The position numbers and the translations under genes are program-made. The notes below the pieces were generated by a model. The model was given only the letters and a program-made list of their open reading frames with translations, made no database searches and had not been told where the DNA came from. This document shows, in pieces, positions 30,555 to 42,639 of a stretch of DNA of 64,000 nucleotides. Source of the DNA: the human T2T-CHM13v2.0 reference genome, Homo sapiens; the NCBI RefSeq assembly GCF_009914755.1, contig NC_060934.1; one strand, given 5' to 3'. Numbering within the stretch: the first letter of the stretch is position 1; each line of letters starts with the position of its first letter.

Positions 30555-30696
30555 GGGCCCCGCCCGTCACCGCCCATTGGCGCTGGGGCCGGGCGGGGGC
30601 GCGGGCGGGGCGGCGGTTCCGAGTCAGGCGCGCGCGGGCAGGGTCCCCATTGCCTGCTGCGCACCCGGACGTGCGGCTCCCCTCGGCCTCCTCGCC
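30555..30696 (+). promoter_or_regulatory. TATA-less PFKP core promoter and 5'UTR
   Basis: GC boxes (GGGCGG runs ~30591-30613), inverted CCAAT (ATTGG ~30576), CGTCA half-CRE ~30565, ACGTG at 30669; no TATA box. Confidence 0.75.
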
Positions 30697-30808
30697 ATGG
30701 ACGCGGACGACTCCCGGGCCCCCAAGGGCTCCTTGCGGAAGTTCCTGGAGCACCTCTCCGGGGCCGGCAAGGCCATCGGCGTGCTGACCAGCGGCGGGGA
30801 TGCTCAAG
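30697..30808 (+). CDS. PFKP: PFKP coding exon 1 (MDADDSRAPKGSLRKFLEHLSGAGKAIGVLTSGGDAQ-G)
   Basis: Strong Kozak gccATGg at 30697; PFK signature AIGVLTSGGDAQG; 112 nt ending in phase 1 at donor AAG|GTGCGC (GT at 30809). Confidence 0.98.
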
Positions 30809-30854
30809 GTGCGCGCCCCCCTCCCGGCGGCGAGGGAGGGACGGACGGACGGAG

Positions 30855-30996
30855 CTGGGGAGAACCGGGCGAAGGCGATGGGGTGACCGGAGAGAAGAGG
30901 GGGGAAGCGATGGGGGGGACCCGGGGAAAGGTGGCGAAGCGATGGGGAGAACCGGGGAGAAGAGCGGGGAAGCGATGGGGAGAACCGGGAAGAAGC
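30855..30996 (+). repeat. G-rich ~33-bp degenerate tandem repeat at the start of intron 1
   Basis: Repeated gaagcgatgggg(a/g)gaaccgggg units. Confidence 0.8.
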
Positions 30997-32700
30997 CCGC
31001 GCCCGGAAGCGGCAGGGGTACCTGCGGGGCGGCATGAGCCGGCGAGGCAGCCCCGGGGTCCTTGCCCGGTGGGGCGGGGGAGGAAGGGACATGGCGGTAG
31101 GAACCTCCATCCGGAAGATCAGTGAGTTTTCCACCTTCGGTTTTGTTTTAAATGGAACCTGGCAGAGGGAGTCGCCTGAAGCGCCCTCGGGGGTCGTTCT
31201 GCCTCTGAGCTGTAGGACGGGGCCGGGCGTCCCCTCCGAAGCGTGGGTACAGCGCGATCACTTCCTAAGTGCCCCCCCGCCCCCCAACTCCGCCGCACGC
31301 CACCCCCTAGAATGTCGAGGAAGAAACGGCTGGGTCCCCGCGCGCCTCCTGTCGCCTCGTGCCCTGCGCGGCGTGGGCGGGGTCCTGGCTGCTGCAATGC
31401 GGGACGCGGCGGGGGTGCGCGGGGTTCCCGCCTGGCGTCTCCAGGGCGGTCCGGCAGCCCCTCGCGTTTCCGCTGGGAGATTTTTAAAAAGGGTTTCCTG
31501 CGCTCGCATGTGCTGTCGCCTTCCGGCTCGTGACAAAAACGAAAACCAAAATGGGTCCCAGGCCCTCCCCGCCAGCCTCCGCAGACGGGAAGGATCAGGA
31601 AGCGGGGACTCCGGGATGTCAGCGGCGCCGCGGCGCGGGCTCCGGGCTTCCCTGCCCTGCAATGTGGAAGCTGCTCTCTAGGAGGGGCCCGAGGCTGGGC
31701 CCACGGACGCGGGCGCGCCGGGAGGATATTTAACATTGAAGAGCGGAAGGTGGCGGAGACTCGGCGCGCCCCAGGCCCCGGGTGCACGTGGGGGCGCCGG
31801 TGCCCGGATGATGGAGTGTCCCGATCCGTGCAATCCCTGGCGGGTAGATCGGCGCTTCCCAGGCGAACGCAACCTGGGAGCCTTAGCGATCGCGCAGGCT
31901 GGAGACGCGGCGCGCCCCGAGCTGGGTTTTGATTTTTGTTTTCCCGGTTCCTCCTGCCGCAGATGCGTGGAAAGGCCCGGATGGCGGATTTCCTCCCGTT
32001 TCGGGGCCGCGCACTGCACAGGGTTGGAGCGGGGATGCACCCCCTGCCCACTGCGCGGGTGACCTTCCCTTCGCCCTTGAGCGCGCGGGGCGGGCGCGGG
32101 TGCCGCAGGTTGAGGCGCTATGGGCGCCGCCCCGCCCGCCACGAGCGCCTACGTGATGCCCGGCCCGTCGTCTCCACGAGCCCCGGCCCCGACACCCGTG
32201 CGCCGCGCGCTCCCCAGGCCCGCAGCGCAGCCTCCCCAGGCCCAGCGCCCCCCGCGGGAGACCCGGGTGGCAGCGCCAGGCCCCGCCCCGCAGCCCGCCC
32301 TGCAGCGCCCCCGGGAAGTGCTCTGGCGTTAGCATTCCAGTAAAAGGACCCCAGCATCAACGTTCTTCCTGCAGGGCTGGGTTCTCAGAGAAAGAAAACG
32401 TGATGCAGCAGAGGATGGGATTGAAGAAACAGGAGAGTGAAGTGGAAATAGCCTGGCCCGCGTGACTTAAACCGGCCCGGAGATGTGCGGGTACGAATGG
32501 AGCCGCCTTGGGGTCGGGATAGGACCCAGAGTGGCTTCTCAGTCAAAGGCCTTCAGAAGCAGAGGGAGCACCTTGAGTGACCTTACCTGGGCCGCGAAAG
32601 ACAAGAAACCTTTGGCACAGGAAGAGGAACTGATCTCTGGAAGCCACCAGGGCGGGTGGAAAGTCAGGGTTTCAAGGTTATTTTGGAATTTAGGTGCTGT

Positions 32701-32842
32701 GGGCCTTGTACGGTGGCTCATGCTTGTCATCCCAGTGCTTTGGGAGGCCGAGGCAGGAGGCTCGCTTGAGCCGAGGAGTTCCAGAGCATCCTGGGCAACA
32801 TAGTGAGACTCTGTGTCTACAAAAAAAAAGAAAGAAAAAAAA
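32701..32842 (+). mobile_element. FLAM / Alu left monomer
   Basis: Single monomer followed by an A-tract. Confidence 0.8.
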
Positions 32843-33857
32843 TTAAGATACTGCATGTATTGGAAAATATTTATGGGTCATTCCTTTGAGCTCCATGTCC
32901 AAAAGCTTGCTAAAATGCGCGGGAGTTTGTGTACAGGCATGTGAGATTAGGATACATTGGCAGAATCGCGGTGTTCTCTGTTACCCTGGTTTTGCCACCT
33001 GGGAGGAGTTAGACATATTGAAGGTTAGTAAGTCCACGCCTCTTCTTTTCTGGGGAAAATGATACTTTGGAAACCAATATTATGTGGGGAACGCGGCTTG
33101 GTTGCTGCAACCTCGGGTTAATAGGAGACAGCTGCCCTCAGCTCTGCAGGTGGCATCAAATATGGTGGCCTCGAGCCCACATGGGTCACACCTGGGCTGT
33201 CCCTGGGGAAGCCCGCCATGGCGGGTCGCCTGGGCACTCTTTCCCTGGCAGAGCTGAAGTCACAATTTTTTTGTAGACTCTGTAAAGAGCTTTACCCTTC
33301 GGTGATACGATCTTGAACCTGTTGGAGCATTTGGACGCATTTCTTTTAAGGAAGTTCACCTCCAGATGTACTCAGAGGGCCTGGTCTTAGCTGCCACAGA
33401 TTTACAAACCCTTACAGTAAGTAGGTTATTCCTCGAGAATATCTCAGTGTCCCCATTCTTTTACCATTTTATTCTGATTCTATGTTAGTACTTGATTTTC
33501 CCTGACATAGAAGACTATTGCTTGTAGCTAGAGATGAGAGAACATATTCACATTCACGTATTAATTTCAGGGGAATTTTCTGTCAGATGTGAAATTATGG
33601 TAAAATTCCGTATATTAAGATGATCATAGCTACCATTTGTTGAAAACATTTTGTATTCTAAGAGCTTTACACTTCTTATCTCCAAGCCTAAATACATGAT
33701 CCCAAGAGAGGCGTGTCCTCATTTTGGAAGTGGGGAGAAAGACTCAGAAAGAAAAGTAAGTTAGGTAAGGGCATGAGGTGCATACGTGATTGTGATAGGA
33801 GCAAAACAGATCTTAATTCCAAATATTGTACTCTCCCGTAGACCACGAAGAGTACTT

Positions 33858-34150
33858 ATGTCTGGCTGTGTCACCCAGGCCAGAGTGTAGTGGTGCCATC
33901 ATAGCTCACTGCAGCCTCAAACTCCTGGGCTCAAGTGATCCTCCTGCCTCAACCTTCTGAGTAGCTGGGAAGACAGGAATGCACCATCATGACCAGCTAA
34001 TTATTATTATTATTATTATTATTATTTTTGTAGAGACAGGATCTCACTATGCTGCCGAGACTGGCCTTGAACTCCTGGCCTCCTGTAGTGATCCTCCTGC
34101 CTTGGCCTCCCAAAGAGCTGGGACTACAGACATGAGCCATTGTGTCAGGC
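33858..34150 (-). mobile_element. AluJ
   Basis: Reverse AluJ with (ATT)n linker. Confidence 0.85.
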
Positions 34151-36849
34151 CTCCACCATCTCCACCATGTTTTTCAGGGACCTTTCTTGGTGAAGCTGCT
34201 TTATCTAGTTAATGCTCAAAAGTGAGCAAAACCCGATTTGCCCAAAATTACACAGATATTCTTTGGGTGGCTTTGTTAGGGGAACGGAAAATGCCTTTTT
34301 ATAGTGATAGGAGTCCAGGTGGCAAGAACGATATTATGTGATGGGCTGCTTTTTCTTCTCTCAGTAGAGTGTATATTATTTAATTATAAGATACAATTGA
34401 AAATCTCTTTCTCTTTTCTATATTCCCGACTCCCCGGGCCTTGAATGAAGAAAGTATTTCTCAGGCTGTTTTTGTTTGTTTGTTTGTTTGTTTTTTCTAC
34501 TTGCTTGGATATCTTCTGTCTCAGGCTGTTTTTTTTTTTTTTTTTTTTTTCTTTCTCTTCTTCTGCCTCTTTATGTATCTTCTGTTGTCCCAAGACATGT
34601 CTGGAAACTTAAATTGATTTTCACTCAATCTGAAATAAGCTCCATAACTCTGAATGGCGGACTTACCATGACTAAGTCCCCACTGCCACAGAACACTGTG
34701 CCACACACCAAGAGTGACTCATTGTCTTAGTCACAGGTTGTGGCTTCTGAAGGTCCTGGTGCCTGGTGGAGCTGAGTGTACTGGGAAGTCCAGGTGCATC
34801 CTTAGGGTAGGCTGGATGTGAAAGCTGCGTCCTTTTTGCCTGTGGTGAGGTGAATATCAATACAGTATTTATAGAAAGTCCACATAAATTGAGTAAGTAC
34901 AAACCTTTCCAATCCTAGTGAGAATAACTAGCATTAATGACTCTTTGTTATGTGGCAGGGCCTCAGTGATCCTGGGCAATGACTTATCCCTATTTTACAC
35001 ATGAGCAAGGGGCGCCTGAGTTGCACCACCTTCCCTGAGTTCACAGAGCTCCGTGGTGGGGCCGGGCCCTGTGGCTGCAGCAGGGATGTTCAGGGCTGCG
35101 CGTACCTGCGTCTTCACTGGTGTCTTTCCCGCGCCCAGCACCATGCCTGGCGCTTCGCAGGAATGCAAGTGTTTGCTGCCTGCCTCCTGCCTGGAATCTC
35201 CACTGAGGAGCAGGAAACCAGGGGTTCTAGCTGTCTTCTTCGTCCATGAAGTCCTTTAGAGGAATTCAACCCTCTCTAATTAAAAGTATCCAATATCCTC
35301 AGGTCAATATGTGTAAACTGTTAAGACTTCAAGATTAGAACCTTAAAACCAAAGTCAGAAGTGTGAGGTTTCCATTGGCTGGACGTGCATTAGGTCAATG
35401 ACACACATATTTATTGGACACCAGGCTTGAGCCCCACATGGGCACCTTTGGTGTCTGAAGCAATGCTGGCTTCGGAGCCCAGTAGGGTGGAAGGGGAAAC
35501 TGAGAACAGCGCCATTTTGCCTCCCACGGCTCTGGGCCCGTTACCTTCCTGTGTACATACATCATTTGATGGGATCTTTTCAGTGTAAAGTGCAGTAATT
35601 AATTTTGCAAAAATTACTGGGTCTGGGAGGCAGTGTGTTGGAATGATGGTGTCACCATGTGGCACAGTGGGAGATTTGTGTAATGGCATCATTTTCTGTG
35701 AATGCAGACCGTTTTGTGTGCCATACTCGAATGACCCTTCGAAGCTAGACATTTTGTCATCTTTCGAAAGAAGCATGTTTTCCCCCTTGGTTACAGAAAG
35801 CTAAAAGCTTTTGATACAGGACTCCAACCTTTTATCAGGGAGAATTAGGCTCTTTAAATAATTAGGGCTCTACCAATCTGATGGGCCATCAGAAGCAATT
35901 AAAATTAGAAAGGTGAAGATACGGTAACGTAGTCAGGACAAACATCAGGATACCAGATTGCACGTTCACAATGGCATTTCGGCTAAGAAAGTGCGGGTGA
36001 ATATAGAACAGAGGGCCGTATGTCAGTAATTGGGTTCCGTTTTGTGTTTCTTTTCCACAAGCCCTTTCTGGTGTTGTGTTTTTGTTTATTAGAGAGTAGC
36101 TGCCCAAAGGCTACAGTTTCCCTCCCCACTCCTCGGTTCTCTCCGTCTTCACCCCCAACTCCCAGTCCTGTGTTTGGAATTACAGTCATTGTGCTTGTCA
36201 GGATGTAAGAGGCAGCCAGACACATGGCAGACCAGAGCACTGAGAGGCAGAGACATTTATAGGTCCTAGCCCTGGTCCTGCTGTCTGGGTCAGCAGGGTG
36301 CTGAGTGCTGAGTGCTGAGATAGGGTCTTGATGTTTTCCTCTGCAGAATGGAGGCATCACTCAGTCTCTGTCTCCTCTCCCTGTCTCTGTCTTCCCTCCC
36401 CTCTTCCCTAACACATATCCACAGTGAAAGTGTTCAGGAGGAAAAGAGAATAGGCTGGACTGTGCTGGGACCCCCAACCCCAGGGCCCGTGTGCTATTTT
36501 CCCAGCCTCCGTGTGCCCAGAGATGCCTAGGGGAGCCTGCGGAGGTGTAGATCCTGACTGTGTGGGTCTGAGTGAGGCTCCGACTCTCACGGGGAGGGCA
36601 CCGGTGCTGCTGGACCCCCTGGGGCCAGTGGAGCGGTTTGCAAATCGGGCAGATCAGCTTCTCCACTTCTCCAGGTTTCCCCAATGTGAGATGCTCCCAG
36701 GAGTCCCATGGGATTGTTTTCTGACTTTGACCAGGATTTTGACAGAGAAGATTCATTAATATAGGACCCCTTGTCTAAACGTACATATGTAAATGATCTG
36801 ATCCGAAGTTTCCTGAATGGAAAATGATTGAAAGGGTGGCATGCAGTAG

Positions 36850-37240
<391 letters not shown>

Positions 37241-37918
37241 TTATTTCTGTGTTTCTGTAATCATTGTGCATGTTAACAGACTGCCTTGGGTGAGTCAGGA
37301 CAGGATTTTGGCAAAAGAACCAGGCCCTTTCTGCCTGGAGCTGTCACTCCTGTGGTGAGGTGCGGGTACGACGTGCCTGTAGCCTGACCTGAGAGGAAAA
37401 GCTCCTGTCTTATGAAAGGGCCCAGGGGAACCTCTGGTTGGGGCCCTTTGACCTGACCTGACAGTGAGGGAGGAGTCCGTAGAGGAGAGTGGCCCAGTGG
37501 AGGACTTTGGCTTTGCCTTGGGTGAACTGGGAAGCAGGTGGAGGGAAGCAGACTGACTGTCTCCGATAAGGGTGGCTTTGTGGAGAGGAGAGGAGGGGAG
37601 GGGAGGCCACAAGTTTAGGGTATCACAAGGAGCAGGCCACAGATGGAAGGTTATGGGGTGGGGCACGTGGCAGGGCAGCCCTGTGTCCACAGACACATCC
37701 CGCCAAGGGGACCCAGAGACTTGAGTGTGTCAGGGCTTGGGGTGAATGGGCACTCAGCTGTTACAGCTGGAAGGTAGAGCATGTGAGCTCCAACAGACAC
37801 AGGCAGGTGGGGGTTAAAGGAGAATCTTCATAGCAGTGCTTAGAATAGCAAAAAGTGGGAAAACCAGCAAAAAACTATCAATAGGAGATTAATTAATTCC
37901 ATTATGGCACCTGGAATG

Positions 37919-38427
37919 TGCCGAGACCAGCTCAGTCGGGGAGACCGTAACCCAGCGGCGCTAGAGGAATTAAAGACACACACACACAAATAGAGGTGTG
38001 AAGTGGGAAATCCGTGGTCTCACAGCCTTCAGAGCCGAGAGCCCAGAACAGAGATTTACCCACGTGTTTATTAACAGCAAGCCAGTCATCAGCATTGTTT
38101 CTACAGATATCAAATTAACTAAAAGTATCCCTTATGGGAAATGAAGGGATGGGCCAAATTAAAGGAATAGGTTGGGCTAGTTAACTGCAGCAGGAGCATG
38201 TCCTTAAGGCACATATCTCATGCTACTGCTTGTGGCTTAAGAATGCCTTTAAGCAGTTTTCCACCCTGGGTGGGCCAGGTGCTCCTTGCCCTCATTCCCA
38301 TAAACCCACAACCTTCCAGCCTGGGCGTTAGGGCCGTTATGAACGTGTCACAGTGCTGCAGAGATTTTGTTTATGGCCAGTTTTAGGGTCAGTTTATGGC
38401 CAGATTTGGGGGGGCCTGCTCCCAACA
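37919..38427 (-). mobile_element. MER9 (HERV-K HML-3) solo LTR, antisense in intron 1
   Basis: Reverse of TGTTGGGAGCAGGCCCCCC...GGTCTCGGCA; 509 bp; TSD GAATG (37914-37918 / 38428-38432). Confidence 0.9.
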
Positions 38428-38721
38428 GAATGGAAGGAATTTTTGTCAGCGTTTAATAAGGAGCTTTGTGCTGGTCGAAAGTCAAGAGGTACACAGTATA
38501 CTCAAGGGCAGTATTGAAGAGCCGATTCCAGAGCGGCTTCCCTCTGGAGCCAGTGGGGCAGTTTGCAAATCCAGGCAGATCAGCTTCTTGGAGGTTTCTC
38601 CAACGGGAGAATCTCCCAAGAGTGAGGCTTGCATGTGGGTGGCCTGTGTTATATATGCAATTTTAAATGATCTAGTTGCCGCATTAAAGAAAGGCGGGGC
38701 AGGGGGCCGGGAGTGGGGGAC

Positions 38722-39025
38722 TCTGGGTGCCAAGACTCAACATCTGTAATCCCAGCCCTTCAGGAGCCCAAGGCAGGTGGATCACTTGAGCCCAGGAGTT
38801 TGAGGCCAGCCTGGGCAACATGGCAAGACCTAGTCTCTACAAAAAATACAAAACAATTAGTCAGGCGTGGCGGTGCACACCTACAGTCCCAGCCCCGTGG
38901 GAGATTGAGGTGGGAGGATTGCCTGAGCCCAGGAGTTGGAGGCCGCAGTGAGCTGTGACTGCACCAGTTCACTCCAGCCTGGGCAACAGAGTGAGACCCT
39001 ATCGCAAAAAAAAAAAAAAAAAAAA
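38722..39025 (+). mobile_element. AluJ
   Basis: Alu consensus with J variants. Confidence 0.85.
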
Positions 39026-39028
39026 GTA

Positions 39029-39141
39029 GTGAACCCGGGAAGCGGAGCTTGCAGTGAGCCGAGATCGCGCCACTGCAGTCCGCAGTCCGGCCTGGGCGAC
39101 AGAGCGAGACTCCGTCTCAAAAAAAAAAAAAAAAAAAAAAA
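39029..39141 (+). mobile_element. 5'-truncated AluYb (Yb8-like) inserted in the tail of an AluJ
   Basis: Diagnostic 7-bp duplication GCAGTCC x2 (39075-39088) and GGGAAGCGG variant; TSD A(n)GTA on both sides. Confidence 0.92.
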
Positions 39142-39159
39142 GTAAAAACCGGTAAAAGC

Positions 39160-39340
39160 AAAAAACTATGTTTTATATTCAATCCACTATTTTGATAACA
39201 ATCAATTATTGTAGATTATTCATATTTTACACTGTTTTCCGTAGTAAGTCTTTGAAACCCAGTGTGTAAAGAAGCTTAAAGCACATCTCCATGTGGACGG
39301 GACGCACGTGGCCAGCGGCTCCTCTGAGGGACAGTGTGGT
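39160..39340 (+). mobile_element. MER33-like DNA transposon fragment (5' part at ~38645-38695)
   Basis: tagtaagtctttgaaacccagtgtg...agcacatctc...gtggccagcggct resembles recalled MER33. Confidence 0.55.
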
Positions 39341-40313
39341 CACGCAATGGGTGGCGTGTGCTGCCTGTATTTAGAAGGTCCCCATGTGGGTGTTTTTGCG
39401 AAGGCTCTGAGGGATGTGCAGGGGAGGGCCGACACTGTCCCAGCCACGCAGAGGACCCTGGAATGCAGCATGCTGCCGCCGCGCCCCCGCCCCAGCCCCT
39501 CTGCTACCTGAGCTCTTTCCCAGATGTCCATTTGGCTAACCTCCCTCAACTTCTTCCCTTTCCTTCTTTCTCCAAACGTCACTCTCAGGCAGGTCTGCAG
39601 GCTCTCCGATTGTCAATGGCAGCCCCTCCCTGTCCTCCACACCCTCAACACCCCCCACCCCGCTTGTGATTTTTCTCCTTAGCACTTACGGCCATCCATC
39701 CATGGGCATCATGCATTTGTTCACTGTGTTTCTTGCTTTCGGGTCTCTCCTGATCGGAACAAGCTCTTCCAGGGCCAGAGGCTTCCCATCTTGTCACTGA
39801 TGCATCCACACAGAGCCCAGCAGAGGTGGCACTTGGGGCACCCGAGCTGGACAGTGGGTTGGTGGTTGAGTGAAGAGCCCTACAGATTTATCTCAAGCCC
39901 TCCCCTGACCCTACTAGAAGACACGGTGGTCTGCACAGTCCAGGAGGTCAGAGAGGCCCCCCAGTTCGATGACTTTGAACTGGCAGGGATGGGGAGGGAA
40001 CAGCACCTTGACAGAATCTGCCTTTGGCATCCCACCTCCCCATGCCTACATAATCCCTGCATTATCAAAGGAAAGACCCCTAGAAGGAACTTTGGCAGCA
40101 GTAGTGAGATCAGCGCGGTGTAAGCTCATTTTCTAACAAAGCAGCGGGAGGAGTCGGCAAACTGACTTTATTTCTCAAAAAGAATTTATGCATTGAAATT
40201 AACAAGTGAGTGATCAGGAGTGTGGGAAAATTCAGGAAAAGTGGCTCAGTGCTGTGAGAGAGGGCGAGGCAGGGAGCTTTATTACTCCAGACAATGGAGG
40301 AGGTAAAAGATAG

Positions 40314-40670
<357 letters not shown>

Positions 40671-42179
40671 TATTCCTTACTTTTTAAAAAAAAAATGCAA
40701 TTTAGATTTTATCAGAGCAGAATCCCAGGAAACTGAGATTTGTAAACTGGGAAATCCAGCTCCTCCAAGTAGCCAGGAAATAAGGGTGACTTAAGTCATG
40801 CTTGCTAGGCCCTGGTGTAGGCCAAGGATGACTCTGACTCAAGGAAGAAACCGTCCTGTGACTCTCTTACCTGCATTGTGGTTTAGTAAGAAGCTGTTAA
40901 AAAGTACGGCATATGAAGAAAGCGATTTAATAATTGGTCAGAGTAATGACCAGATCTTTCCTATGAAACCGCTCCCTCATTATCTCCAACTTTATTTTTG
41001 GTTCTCATGACAAGATATTCACTTCCCTGAAAACTGGGATTTTTGCAAATTACGAAGCGGTGTTTTTCCAAATGTTAAGGTTCTTCTTTGGTAGGAAGAT
41101 GTTATTTTCTCCTGGAAATCCTTGGGTTGGGCTCCCAAAACCAAAACAAAACCAGATGGATTAGCCCCAGGATGCCTGAGCTATTTGGACAATCTGTGGC
41201 TTGAGTGTTGAGTGAAAGACTCTGAAACTGCCCTTTGTCCCTTAATGGCTGTGTGCCAGGGCCCACGGACAGCCCTAAGGAAATGGTGAAACAGGTGACT
41301 TTTACCTGTGACGCCAAAAGCCCACGTTGCGGGCTGTGAAAGCCCTCATTGCAGGTGTGCACGTCTGCCTGCATTGCAGGTGTGCACGTCTTCGTCCCTG
41401 TCCTGTGGGTGACAGCCCGCCAGTAAATGCTGGTATATTTCCCCCTTGCTTTTCATCCACCAGTGTTCTTCTCCCTCCAAACCCCTCACTGAATGTTCCT
41501 GGGGCTTCCTCAGGTTTCATCTTGCAGGGCCCAGCAGGAGGCAGCTGAATTGCAGTCCTCACTGTTCAGAAGTTCAGAGGGAGGGCTTAGAACTAAACAG
41601 TCTCCACTCCCAGGCAATTAAATGAGCATCTGGCCTCAGCAGGTATTATTTTCCTTCAAGTTCCCATTGGTGACTCTGAGGCACAGGCATTGTAATAGAG
41701 GAAATTAGGAAGGCTTGAAAGTTAAAATGAAATAAGACTAGGGTTTACACTACAGCTTCACCGCTTACTAATGTTGTTACCTTCCAGTAATCAGTTTATC
41801 CCCCTAAGAGCCTCAGCTTTCTCATCCCTCCAGGGAGGTGTCAGGAGCTCTGCAGGCTTCCTGTGAGAAACATCCAGGCCAGGGCTCTGGCTGTGGGTCT
41901 GCAGTCAGCAAGGGACGTCCTACTGGGCCCCACCGAGTGCTGCCAGTCCCTGAGCTCAAGGAGGACACATGAATAAAAGCCCTTTGCAATGCAGGGCTCC
42001 ATCCTACCAATGCATAAATTAATAGAAGTCCTTTCAGGACCTAGAATTGTGTCTCTTTAAAAGTGTGGTGCCCCCATCACCTGGAAATTGCTAGAAATGC
42101 AAGTTCCCAGGCTCCCTCTCCACCTGTGAAACCCGGGGGCAGCCCAGCTACATGGGGGTGCTGCGGCCGCTGATGGTGA

Positions 42180-42639
<460 letters not shown>

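Larger units (their letters stand above)
29430..32560. promoter_or_regulatory. CpG island / PFKP promoter region
   Basis: Very GC-rich with dense undepleted CpG, spanning exon 1 and proximal intron 1; boundaries judged by eye. Confidence 0.93.

Noticed and set aside
29438-32360. Numerous overlapping 100-310 aa ORFs
   Set aside because: Stop-codon scarcity in a CpG island; only the exon 1 portion matches a protein family.
32483-32803. [13 protein letters not shown]... as a PFKP N-terminus
   Set aside because: At the 32490 donor it is phase 2, incompatible with phase-1 exon 2; unspliced, it runs into an Alu monomer.
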